NCBI GenBank assembly: GCA_036785375.1
Contig: JAWMAR010000328.1
Coordinates: 558,001 to 622,000, forward strand
Origin: Leucoraja ocellata
Taxonomy: Eukaryota
Direction of reading: 5' to 3'
DNA length: 64,000 nt
Position numbers and translations under genes: made by a program. Positions 39,458-51,249 of the stretch are shown here, piece after piece (positions within the stretch are counted from its first letter, which is position 1; each line of letters starts with the position of its first letter). Under the pieces are notes generated by a model. The model had not been told where the DNA came from. It worked only from the letters and a program-made list of their open reading frames with translations, and made no database searches.

Positions 39458-40019
39458 CTGATTAATAGTAAGATTAAACGAGTACTTACCAGTATGAAGT
39501 TTGATCTGTATTTTATGAGGAGTTACGGTGAGGTATTACGTGAAGATCCCAGCCCCAGTGCGCATGTGCGGCATACTTCGAAGCAGCGGTGTGAAATCAC
39601 AGGATAGACACAATATTTGAAGTAAGATAGTAAAGATCATGAGACATCAGTTTATTAGTTTGATCTATATATTGAGGGTGGGAGCGGAGGGCACGTAATA
39701 CCTCACCGTAACTCCTCATAAAATACAGATCAAACTTCATACTGGTAAGTACTCGTTTAATCTTACTATTTTACTTCGGAGTCACGTGAGTGATTCCGTG
39801 AAGACTTCAAAGGTCTGTGATTTCAAACCGTGTAACAGTTTTTATTTCACTCACTGCCGAAGTTTTTGAGGGGGGAAGTGTTATCGTAATCAACCAGTGG
39901 ATCTGCTTTCACAAGAAACAGAAAGGTATTTGTTAACAATAACAACATAAAGAGCTCCCCTGAGCTTAAATTAATATTGCAGTTTGTAATATTCTTTCTG
40001 CAATTAAATCAGGTTTATC

Positions 40020-40900
40020 AACGGTTTATAATAAAAAATGTTCTGAACGTCGTTCCCTTGGCCATTCTGCCGTATTGAGAATGTGGTCAACCGAGATGTC
40101 CATTCGTTCAGCCGCTGATATCAATGCTGCCCTAGTGGAATGGGATTAAAATGTATTATTATCTATTCCGGCAGCTTTCAGTACCTGTTTGAGCCACCTT
40201 GGAGTGGTTTGGCTCGTACCCCGTCTTGGGGTTTCTGTGGTTGACCCATAGGCTTTCCTCTCCCTCTAAGATTGTGGGTTGTGTCTATATATTGTAGTAG
40301 ATGGGTCACCACACTCAACCTGGACTCTGGTGGGTAGGCCCGGAATCCCACCAGTGAATTGGGCGTTCCTGGTCCATATAGCCATATAACGATTACAGCA
40401 CGGAAAACACAGGCGATCTCGACCCTACTAGTCCGTGCCGAACTCATAATCTCGCCTAGTCCCATATACCTGCGAGTTAGATTTTACCAGACCTAGAATA
40501 TGAACGTGATGCGTCTGGGGTAATCACCATGTTATCCAGTCTAGTTTTATGGAGTGACTGGACTCTGTGAGCGTGTACGAGAGCCATAAGCATGAGCGTT
40601 TTTAACATAGATTGAGCAAGCTGAGGGATCTGGCTGGTGCCATTCTCTGAGATATGGGATCCCATGCTCTGCTGTCATGCTGTTTTAGATAAGCAGATAA
40701 GGCGCTCCATGCTGTATTTACGGCACTGTAACTCACCTTTTAGTCATGGTGTAGATGTTCCAGGAAATCCAATACGTCAGTGGTTGAATAGTTTGTTGTC
40801 CCTGCGTCGTGGCAGTATTTTACCCATGTTAGCTTTTAGTGACTGTTCGCAGGGATGCCGACATGGTGGTAATGGTTCCTTTGGATAATCCTAGTCCCTG
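40020..40900 (-). pseudogene. DIRS tyrosine recombinase relic
   Basis: LKTLMLMALVHAHRVQSLH (catalytic R box); YPPESRLSVVTHLLQYIDTT; RWLKQVLKAAGID..F*SHSTRAA (HxxR); AEW...HFYYKP (W and catalytic Y region). Confidence 0.88.
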
Positions 40901-40959
40901 GTAAGGTCTATTCAAAACCTGCACCCAGGAGTTTGATGTTTTTTTTTGTTGTTTTTTTT

Positions 40960-41330
40960 TGTTTTTTCTGGCATGGGTGGCTTGTGCCTGATACTGGGTT
41001 GAGTCAGCAACCATGGTCCACTAGGGAAATCCATAGGTGACTCGCCCACCGTGTCGTGATGAACTGGGAACCATGGCTGTGTAGGCCGGTCGGGCACGTT
41101 CAATATCTCGGAGACAGATCCCATCTGTATTGCGAAGTGCCCGTCTGATGAGGCAGAAGGGAGGAAGGCAAAGCAGAAATTCCCCCTTCCAGCGTGTAGG
41201 CATCTATCGCTGCTGCCTCTAATCTGGTTCCTAAGTCACATACATAGGTTACTGGTGATTCCGTCTTGTGCAACCAAATTGATATCTGGCTTTCAAACTG
41301 CTTAATACCTTTAGCAGATATTTTGGGTTT
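40960..41330 (-). pseudogene. DIRS methyltransferase-like domain relic
   Basis: AAAIDAY...PPFCLIRRALR...ILNVPDRPTQPWFP matches the DIRS MT-like FPP / WPTQPWFP pattern. Confidence 0.7.
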
Positions 41331-41389
41331 GACATCTATTCAATGTAATCATAAATTTTACCCTGTGACATGGTGTCTCCCACTGTGTT

Positions 41390-42560
41390 CTAGCTTCCTA
41401 GGACATAGGCAGCTGATAGTTAAAATGTCTTTTGACACACCATTGCCAGATTTGTTTGACCAATTTGTCGCACAATAATGATTATTATGCTCCCCATATG
41501 GTTGATATAAGCCACCACCATAGTATTATCAATCCGTAACCACATATGTACGTGCTGCATTTGAAATGCATATGCTTTTTAGCCCAATAGGCGATCACCA
41601 ATCCCAAGTAGTTGATGCCCGGTATGTGTAGTAACGATGTTTGTGAATTGGTCCATCTGTTACCTGTGCTGGATATGGAGTTTAGTTGCTCCCCAGCCTA
41701 AAGTACTGGCATCGGTTTTTAATAACCAAGTTGGGATTGGTGATGATAATAGGGCTGAAAACTATGCCAAATATATGTCTGCCCACCACCGTAATTGTGA
41801 TATAGCTTCGGTGGGTACATTCATGATTTGATTATAGTGACCCAAGTACCTTGGCAAAGTAACAGTCATATGGACGGAATTATTATTGAAGCCCAGATAA
41901 TCCATGGTAGTTAACGCTTCAATTCTGGTTTATCTGGGCGTGGGATAAACCTCAGAGCTTTAGGGAGCTGTTTCGTAGCTAGAACTGCTGCCACAGCTAA
42001 TTCCTTTGTTTCCCCTAATATGAGGATATCATCCAATATATGCCATGATTATGCTTGTTTTCTTAATATTTTCATGGCCATTTTTTAAATATTTATAATA
42101 GTTTAGGGCTGAGGTTAGACCATAGGGAATGCTCTATGCTCCCATAGTTGCCCTAACCGGGATATCCATTATCCAGGTAAAAAAAAAATTATTTTTTATT
42201 TTTATTTATTTATTTATTTTTTTAGGTATCTATAATGATCCTAATGTATGGGTATAAGATAGTTAGCATCTTCCATATCAATGCTCCCCATAGGTATCCT
42301 TTGGAGATCAGATGTCTGGCAGTGACAAAAACCCGTCTCCATCTTAAAGTGTTTATACTCAACAGATTTATTTAGTGATATTAGATCAATGATGATGCTA
42401 CATTCACCATCTTTTGTAGTTTTGGTGAAATATTCGATACAAATTCCAATGGTTCATGTTTACTCCCATGATCCGTTTAGTAATGAGCCTTTCTAGTTCA
42501 GCTTGACCTTCTCACTTCTCTTTCTTAGAGGGAGAAAATGCCCTTTGGGCGCATTGCTGA
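41390..42560 (-). pseudogene. DIRS reverse transcriptase / RNase H relic
   Basis: KTTKDGECSIIIDLISLNKSVEYKHFKMET; SIDMEDANY; (Y)LDDILI near 42030; KTDASTLGWGA near 41710; LRIDNTMVVAYINHMG near 41510; many frameshifts and stops. Confidence 0.9.
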
Positions 42561-44246
42561 ACTGGCGGTAATATGCCCAATTTCAATTCGTTTTTATCCA
42601 CTAATACTGTTGAGTATATTTTAGTTATTTGTGACAGCATCCCATGCTTTATCAACAAGTGTAAATGCCCCCCCCCGCAGTTAGTAGAACACCCTTATTT
42701 AGTGTAAACTGGGAGGAACCAGACTACCTACCTCCATGTTTATTGTTTTTTCATGAAGGCCTAGTTTGCTGGTATGCTGGTGCTGTCGGTGGGGCGGCGC
42801 ATTTTCCCACGGCTCCGCTCTGGGCCCCTGTCTAAAAAGAACTTTGGGGTAATGTGAAGCGGTCGCCAGGCTTTCACCAGTCCTTGTTTGATATTGCTGG
42901 TGGATGCCGAGGGGTGCTGCCAGCTGGGTGTTGGATGCGATGTCCTGCTCGTTCCATGGCCTGCCCTCATGAGGCGCACAGGTTTAGCTGCCTCTCTTCC
43001 CGCAGCAGCGGTTTGCATAGCCCCGTATATTTGGGGTTGCGGGCAGGTCTTATATGCACCATTGTTCAGTCGAGTATCCCAAATTTGGGAACATCTTAGG
43101 CGTCAGCACCCTGGTAGTGCAACGGGATAGTCTCATCCTGGGAGAACCACCTTGGTGATCATGGCGTCTCGCCTGCCAGGTGAGTATGATCCGTGGAAAA
43201 ACGAGCAAAGGCGGTAACATCTTGACCCTTCTGTTAGGAGCTTCAGAATTCGCTGCTTGTCTGCGAGTCTGCTGACCCAGCTGCCTGCGGATTTGCCTCT
43301 GGAAAGGCCTGCTCCTGCAGGGCTTTGTTGGGAAGATGGTCGCGTGGAGGAACCACGACACCCAGTAGCTCTTCCTGATCCTGCTCCCCTGGCATACTGC
43401 TGTTCTCGTCCGCCTGCCCAGCGTTTAAGCCAGCCCAGCCCTGGCCTCCTTAGCTAGCCTCAAAAGAGGGAGCAAAAGGGTGTGCTATAAATTGGAGGAG
43501 GCATAGCTCAAACTCCGCTGTTGCATCAATCCCTCGTCAAGGGAGATGGCTAGTGCAATAGCACTGGGGTAGGAGTGTCAGCTCCCTTGGCATTCAGCCA
43601 GTGCCCCTTTTTTCCTGGAGGTGAACTCCATGACCTCCTCTGGCTTGGGGAGACAGACATACTTATTTTTGCTGTCTCCAACCTGTTCCAGTTTTGGAGG
43701 AAGTTGGCTCCTGTAGAACCTGTTAAATTGGTAAGATTTTTATCTTACCTGTATGTAGAGGCTGCCTGCCGTTTTTCAGGCGGCATTGTAGCGGTTCCCG
43801 GGCGGCGATTCTCCTTGTCAGGAGTCTGCAGGGCTGCCGGTCGGGTTTTTAAACTTCCCGCCGGTCCGCTGCTGTTCACCAAACAGCTGTTCAGCGGACC
43901 GGCATCAGCGCAGCTCCCTGCAGCGGTCCGCAGCCTGTGCGGTCCCGTTAGCGCCTTTCCCCCTCCACTGTCGGCTCCTTCGCTGGAGTCGAAACGGGGG
44001 CCGCTTCCTCTGCTGCTTTGCTCCCCCTGGAGCAAAAAACCACAAGGCCCGATTAAGGTAAGTACTTACCTCACGTCCTTGGTTTGCGGGAGCTGCCGAC
44101 TCCCGCTGGCCGCGTTGCACAGCTGTGCGATAATGCCGCACATGCGCACTGGGCTGGGATCTTCACGGAATCACTCACGTGACTCCGAAGTAAATTCCTT
44201 TCTCTGCTTTGTGTATGTACTGGTTCAAAATAGATGTAGTGTTTTG

Positions 44247-44280
44247 TTAGGCTGTGCACGCCATGCGCAAGAAGAAGAAG
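44247..44280 (+). mobile_element. Severely 5'-truncated copy of the ribozyme-headed short retroelement at 54240
   Basis: TTAGGCTGTGCACGCCATGCGCAAGAAGAAGAAG vs TTAGGCTATGCACGCCACACGAAAGAAGAAG at 54345-54375. Confidence 0.7.
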
Positions 44281-45823
44281 AAAAAGCTCAAAACTAATCA
44301 TACGTAATAGAACAATGGGATGGATGAGCTGTAATAATTCTGTGATTCTAATAATACAGCTGTGATAGTTCACCACAGAAGGCAACGAGACACCTCTTCC
44401 ATTGCTGTTCTACAGATACACCAGAGGGGCTGCAGCTTTAACTGGCCATTATAATAAACCTTCCCTTGCAGCTTTGTTTGATTGGTTTGTAAGTCCATGA
44501 ACTGCTCTGAAGGAACTTCCTTGAATGATGACAAAGTACTTGATTGAAGGGCAAATGGTCTGACCTCTGAAAATCCAGCAATCTGCCGTCCCTTTTGTAC
44601 ATTTAACCTATCATTTCAATTGACTTCTTACTGTATTAAAGGTTGTTTTTCAAGCCTAGTGGGAATTACTCCACGGTTTAGATTTTGCACAGATGCTACC
44701 ACCGCTTCTCTGAAGGCTGCAGTTCAAGGTCTAAACAAATGTCAAAAATATCTGGAGAATGAGCTTCCAGCTGTTCGTAATAATTTGAATCGTAGATACC
44801 CTACTGAGTGACTGCAGTGGATCTACCAGCTATACTGGTCTGCTCTTTCAGAAAAGCCCTGCTGGAAGAATAACCATTTAATTGAGCTTTACAAATCCAC
44901 CAGGGTATTTATTTTGCCTTGAGAGACCAAAGTGGCCGTAGGTGCCAAGATGGAAATTTATGACGAGCAAATGAATCAAGGATTTTATGAAACTGTTTCA
45001 GTCTCTGCACAGACTGTACACGACGCACCCGTACAATCCAACTATTAGTACATGAGCATAGTTTGGATTTGTTACTATTCCCCTTTTCTGGTCTCCTTTT
45101 TTATATGTTGGCTCATTCTATTGAATCCCTTCTCCCTTATTTCTGTATAGGGCACAAGGTATCTTCTTAACTGCACTTTTAATTTGTTTAATTAGTCTTT
45201 TAGAGACACGTTGATTTATTGAGTTTGTTGGTGCTGGCAAAATAATTCTCCTTCCAGTACATTTTTATACTTTTGATGGAGTTCCAATTCACTACTGCTA
45301 GAGAAGAGTCAAACAGATTCTGGGCCATTGTATTTAGCAGAAGAAATTGTGTCTGAACTTGAACCTGAACCAAAGGAACAGTCACTATGAATGCCATTCT
45401 TTGGGGAAAACTTCTACAAAGTCAAAAACAAAGATGTACAACAGCCAATACCTTTATATGAGCTAATACATGTACAGTGGCTTGCAAAAGTTTTCATACC
45501 CCTTGAACTTTTCCACATTTTGTCACGTTACAACCACAAACGTAAATGTATTTTATTGGGATTTTATGTGATAGACCAACACAAAGTGGCGCATAATTGT
45601 GAAGTGGAAGGAAAATGATACATGGTTTTCAAATATTTTTACAAATAAAAAACTGAAAAGTGTGGCGTGCAAAAGTATTCAGCCCCCTTTACTCTGATAC
45701 CCCTAAATAAAATCCAGTGCAACCAATTGCCTTCAGAAGTCACCTAATTAGTAAATAGAGTCCACGTGTGTGTAATCTAATCTCAGTATAAATACAGCTG
45801 TCCTCTGAAGGCCTCAGAGGTTT

Positions 45824-48048
45824 ATAGTGGCTAATTATCAGAGTGGCTTTAGAAAAGGGAGAGGTACCAATGATCCAGTTCTGTGCTTGGAAGATGATAT
45901 AAGGAAAGCACAAGTTAAAAAATAATCTGTAGTTACTGTATTTTTTGATGTAGAGAAGGCTTATGATATGTTGTGGAGAAAAGGTCTTCTAATAAAGCTG
46001 CATTTAATGGGAGTAGGAGGAAATATTTTTAACTGGATAATGGATTTTCTTAACGGTAGAAGTATCCAAGTTAAAATAGGGTCAGACATCTCTAGTAAAT
46101 GTGTAGTCGAGAATGGAACTCCCCAGGGAAGTGCGATAAGCCCGATCCTATTCTCAATCATGATCAATGATATATTTGCAAACATTCAACCAGAGATGGG
46201 GCGATCGCTCTTTGCAGATGATGGCAGCCTATGGAGAAGGGGGAGGAATATAGATTTTATCATGGAAAAGGTACAGCAAGGGATAGCCCAGGTGGAAGAG
46301 TGGGGAGTGAAATGGGGTTTTAAATTCTCGATAGAGAAGACAAAGACAATGGTTTTCACAAGGAAGAAAATTAAAGAGGATGTCCAGTTAAAACTATACG
46401 GCAACAATTTGGAAAGAGTAAAAGATTTCCGTTTCCTGGGAGTCCACTTTGACTCCAGATTAACATGGAGGGTCCACATTACAAAAATAATTGGAAAATG
46501 CAAAAAAGCCATCAATGTAATGAGATGCTTGGCAGGTTTAGAGTGGGGAGCAGATATATTATCGCTTAAACATATCTATGTATCACTGATCAGATCCAGA
46601 CTAGAGTATGGCAGTATAGCTTATGGATCAGCATCTAAGTCAGTGTTGTCCGAGTTGGACAAAGTCCAAGCGGAAGCTCTAAGAATCCGTATAGGAGGTG
46701 TGCGGACGTCACCTGTATGTGCACTACAGGTGGAAACTGGGGAGATGCCATTGAGACTGCGCCGCAGACAACTAATGGCTAATTACTGGCTAAGCCTTAA
46801 GGGTCATGGAGAGAACCACCCAACAAAACAGGTAGTACAGGAATGCTGGGAGAGAGGGGTGGCTCAGTCTGGAAGCTTCGGCTGGATTGGAGGAGTTGTG
46901 GCAAGGGACATGGGAGTAGAGGACAAAGAGTTCTGCCCTGCAGTATTGTGGCCATCTGTCCCAATATGGTTACTGAACATCCCAAAAGTTGATCTGGAGA
47001 TATGGGAGGCAAAAAGGAGGGAGAAAAATTCGGACCTAAAAACAGAATACCATAACCATATATATAATAGATACAGGGAACACCTCTTAATCTTCACAGA
47101 TGGATCAAAGGACCCAGTAGCTGAAACAACAGGGGCAGCTGTGGTAGTGCAAGGGATGAATGTTGAGATTTGCAAAAGAACAAATAACTATTTGACAGTA
47201 TATATACAGTGGAACTGTACGCTATTTTGATGGCAGTTGGGTGGATAGAACAGGTGCAACCATGCAAAATATTAATTTGTAGCAACTCATTATCTGCAAT
47301 CCAGAGTATTGGGTCTGGTGCATCCCATAGGCGACCTGACAGTGTATGAAATCCTGCTACTATTAAGCCAAGTGACAAGGAGGGGCAGTGACGTGACTTT
47401 GTTGTGGGTCCCAGCACACATTGGTGTTCTAGGGAATGAAAAAGTGGATAAATTAGCAAAAGAGGCCGTTAAAAAAGAGAACATAGAGGTAAACTTACAA
47501 CTATCCAAATCTGAAGGAAGACACATTGTGTGGAAGAAAATAAATCAGGAATGGCAACAATACTGGGAACAGGAGACAAAGGGGAGACACCTCTATTCGC
47601 TACAAAACAGAGTGGGCAAATACAGCAAGAAGAGGGGGGAACAGGAGAGAACAGGTAGTATTAGCAAGATTGAGGATAGGACACACCCACCTGAACAGCA
47701 CATTAAAAATGTTGGGAAAACACCCCTACTGGGATGTGTGAGGAATGCCATCAGCCGGAAACAGTTCAGCATGCTTTAGTTGCATGTAGAAGATATGCAA
47801 CAGAAAGAAGAGTTTTGATCAATGAAATTAAGAAAATTGGAATGACAGATATATCAGAAAAGAACATTCTAGAGTATGGAGGGGAAGGAAAAGGAGTACA
47901 TTTGTTGTTTAATTTCTTGAGGGCCTCTGGCCTTATAAAAAGGATATAAAGTAAAGACACGAGGACTGTGGAGTGAAGCCAGAAGGTGGCAGCAATGCAA
48001 CATTGTGGATGCCGGCTGCCGTAAAACTCCAAAGAAGAAGAAGAAGAA
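45824..48048 (+). mobile_element. 5'-truncated I-group (I/Nimb-like) LINE with RT, RNase H and C-terminal CCHC
   Basis: SGFRKGRGT.D...FFDVEKAYD...GTPQGSAISPILF...LFADD; RNase H IFTDGSK...WVPAHIGVLGNEKVDKLAK; CEEC...H...C; (GAA)n tail; 17-bp TSD GAAGGCCTCAGAGGTTT at 45807-45823 and 48049-48065. Confidence 0.92.
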
Positions 48049-48095
48049 GAAGGCCTCAGAGGTTTGTTAGAGAACATTAGTGAACAAACAGCATC

Positions 48096-49106
48096 ATGAA
48101 GCCCAAGGAACACTCCAGACAGGTCAGGGATGAAGTTGTGGAGAAGTTTAAAGTAGGGTTAGGTTATAAAAAAATATCCCAAGCTTGGAACATCTCATGT
48201 AGCACTGTTCAATCCATCATCTGAAAATGGAAAGAGTATGGCACAACTGCAAACCTACCAAGACATGGCCGTCCACCCAAAACTGACAGGCCGGGCAAGG
48301 AGAGCATTGATCAGAGAAGCAGCCAAGAGGCCCATGATAACTCTGGAGGAGCTGCAGAGATCCACAGTTCAGGTGGGAGAATCTGTCCACAGGACAACTA
48401 TTAGTCGTGCACTCCACAAATCGGGCCTTTATGGAAGAGTGGCAAGAAGAAAGCCATTGTTGAAAAAAAGCCATAAGAAGTCCCGTTTGCAGTTTGCCAC
48501 AAGCCATGTGGGGGACACAGCAAACATGTGGAGGAAGGTGCTCTGGTCAGGTGAGACCAAAATTGACGTTTTTGGCCTAAATGCAAAATGCTATGTGTGG
48601 TGGAAAACTAACACTGCACATCACCCTGAACACACCATCCCCACTGTGGGTGGTGGCAACATCATGCTGTGGGGATGCTTTTCTTCAGCAGGGACAGGGA
48701 AGCTGGTCAGAGTTGATGGGAAGATGGATGGAGCCAAATACAGGGCAACCTTGGAAGAAAACCTGTTAGAGTCTGCAAAAGACTTGAGACTGGGGCGGAG
48801 GTTCATCTTCCAGCAAGACAACGACCCTAAACATACAGCCAGAGCTACAATGGAATGGTTTAGATCAAAGCATATTCATGTGTTAGAATGGCCCAAAGTC
48901 CAGACCTAAATCCAATTGAGAATCTCTAGCAAGACTTGAAAATTGCTGTTCACAGACGCTCTCCATCCAATCTGACTGAGCTTGAGCTATTTTGCAAAGA
49001 AGAATAGGCAAACATTTCAGTCTCTAGATGTGCAAACCTGGTAGAGACATACCCCAAAAGACTTGCAGCTGTAATTGCAGCGAAAGGTGGTTCTACAAAG
49101 TATTGA
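48096..49106 (+). pseudogene. Tc1 DD34E transposase pseudogene
   Basis: MKPKEHSRQVRD...GLGYKKIS...GRP.KLT...ARRKPLL...LWS(G)ETK...[11 protein letters not shown]...FQQDNDPKH...PDLNPIE...GGSTKY*. Disabled by TGA at 48222, a frameshift near 48280, D-to-G at the first catalytic Asp, and a deletion near 48895. Confidence 0.93.
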
Positions 49107-50844
49107 CTCAGGGGGGCTGAATACTTTTGCACACCACACTTTTCAGTTTTTTATTTGTAAAAAAATTTGAAAACCATGTATCATTTTCCTTCCACTTCAC
49201 AATTATGCACCACTTTGTGTTGGTCTATCACATAAAATCCCAATAAAATACATTTACGTTTGTGGTTGTAACGTGACAAAATGTGGAAAAGTTCAAGGGG
49301 TATGAAAACTTTTGCAAGCCACTGTATATCAGCACCATTTTGTCCACTGCATGAATGTGTATTGGTCAAATGTGTATTTACCTTTCTAAAATTTTACTAT
49401 GTTCATCGTTGAACAGATTTGAACCGGTCTTTGTCTGGTAGTAGGTGCACAGGGAGAGAAACGCCATGTCCTTTTCAGTAAGTAGCTTGCATAATCAAGC
49501 TCTTTAATAGTTTCACTCATCTGGCTAGGCCTCCAGTATCTTACAGAGAAGCTGATACAGGTCACATCTGCTGTGTTTAATTAATCCTCTTCTTACAGAT
49601 GTTTGAGTGACCTGCTATGTATTTCACCTTGTTTTTGTTTTTGTGCGTTAGTAGTTTTATATTTGGAAGTGTGTTGACTTCAGTTTGTTAGGTGGAGTAT
49701 TTAACATAAAAGAGAAAAAATAACTTCTGTACAAATGATTGTGATTCTGGAATATTACTGTACAGTAAAACATTTGTGCAGATTGTGTTGCAACAGCTGT
49801 TTCTCACGCTGTGGTGACTTCATTAATAGTCTCAGCTATATACATCAACGTGGCAGCAAAGTGCAACATAAATATTCTTCGCAATGTCAGCTCAAAGGGA
49901 CACTTTAATAAAAAATCAAGGAAATGTAAAACTCCTTTAAAAAGCAACTCATTTGGTAACTCATTGTAAGACAGCATTCTATAAATGCAATGGCTTCTTG
50001 TCAACACAGTGCTTTATATTCGCCAGGCCTCGACTGATATATGAATGTTACAGGCAATGAATGTGGAGCCAACTTGCTGGTAGAGGTTAATTTAAATCTA
50101 TCTTTTGAAAGAGATGTTTGAAATTCCTATTGCTCCCCCCCCCCCCCCCCCCCCCCCCCCATTTGTGGAGAGTTCAGTGGCATGTCATGGTGATTTCAGT
50201 CTATGTCTATCTGTCACCCCCAGTTGAGAATACTGTTGAGGGAATCAAAGTGCATCGATGGTGTTCATGTTCTCTCCTCCTCTCATCAGCTACTGCCTTT
50301 TCTTTGCTCTGCAATGTCATCACAGCCTCATCCAAATGTTTTTAACAGTTATGCAGAAAAAAATATTGTAATACCTATCGTTAATCTAAAATAAAAGAGT
50401 AAAATCCATTAAAAAACATTCACAATGTATACACGTTAAGAGTGGAATTGTTGTATCTGGATTTAACAGTGCGAATTCTTCAACAGTACATGGGAAGTAT
50501 TATACTAGATGCAAAGTATATTTTACTTCTGAAAGCTTTAGACTTTCGTCTGTACGAGGCAACATAAGTGATGCCGTCCCCTGCATTCAATGATTCATCT
50601 CTGTAGTTCTGCCACGCTCACCAGGATATTTTTGAGCCACAGGATGCATGATTAATGTGAGGTAATTTGCATTTAAGGAATAAACACATTGATCACATTA
50701 ATCTAAAGAAACGTCTCCTTCCCTTCTAACTAGGACTATCAAGGGCTAGCGTACACTGGAACCTCCCAACCATTTCACAAATCTTCTCCGTGGAAAAAAA
50801 GATTTCAGTTAATTGACATTTGTTTTTACATTATTGTCTTTACA

Positions 50845-51160
50845 GGCGGCACGGTGGCACAGCGGTAGAGTTGCTGCCTACAGCTGTTACAGTGCCGGAG
50901 ACCCGGGTTCCGATCCCAACTACAGATGCTTGTCTGTACGGAGTTGTATGTTCTCCCTGTAACCGCATGGGTTATATCAGAGTTCTTTGGTTCTTCACAC
51001 ACTCCAAAGACGTACAGATTTGGGGGGTTAATTGGCTTAGTATAAGTGTAAATTGTCCGTGTGAGTGTGTTGAGGATAGTGTTAGTGTTCGGGGATCACT
51101 GATCGGTGCGGACTCGGTTGGGCTGATGGGCCTGTTCCCGCGCTGTATCTCTAAACTAAA
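50845..51160 (+). mobile_element. Full-length HE1/V-SINE-type tRNA-derived SINE
   Basis: GGCGGCACGGTGGCACAGCGGTAGAG A-box, GGGTTCCGATCCC B-box-like, central body, GGGCCTGTT-CCCGCGCTGTATCT(CTAAA)n CR1-type tail. Confidence 0.85.
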
Positions 51161-51249
51161 ACTTACATGTAAAAATAGAAACATACTGAACATCTCCGAT
51201 TTACTGCAATACTTAAATTGTGCAGAAGGAGCATTTCTCTGGTCAAGAC

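Larger units (their letters stand above)
39464..44196 (-). mobile_element. Full-length, decayed DIRS1-type tyrosine-recombinase retrotransposon
   Basis: Non-identical ITRs (44133-44167 vs 39539-39574). ICR 39692-39804 is complementary to both termini (79 bp to 39464-39542; 35 bp to 44160-44194). Gag-like region, RT, RNase H, methyltransferase-like and YR relics occur in DIRS order. Confidence 0.93.
45475..49324 (+). mobile_element. Tc1-family DNA transposon, IR/DR type, interrupted by a LINE
   Basis: TA TSD (45473-45474, 49325-49326); about 213-bp near-perfect TIRs (45475-45687, 49112-49324) starting CAGTGGCTTGCAAAAG, with an inner direct repeat GTGCAAAAGTATTCAGCCCC. Confidence 0.95.

Noticed and set aside
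43575-44297. 240-aa + strand ORF
   Set aside because: Antisense to the GC-rich DIRS leader and crosses the element boundary; no domain motifs.
44620-45050. Coding-looking unique stretch (63-aa ORF plus downstream frame)
   Set aside because: Internal stops and no recognisable homology.
50845-50920. tRNA-like sequence with A/B boxes
   Set aside because: Head of a SINE; no complete cloverleaf and it continues into SINE body and tail.
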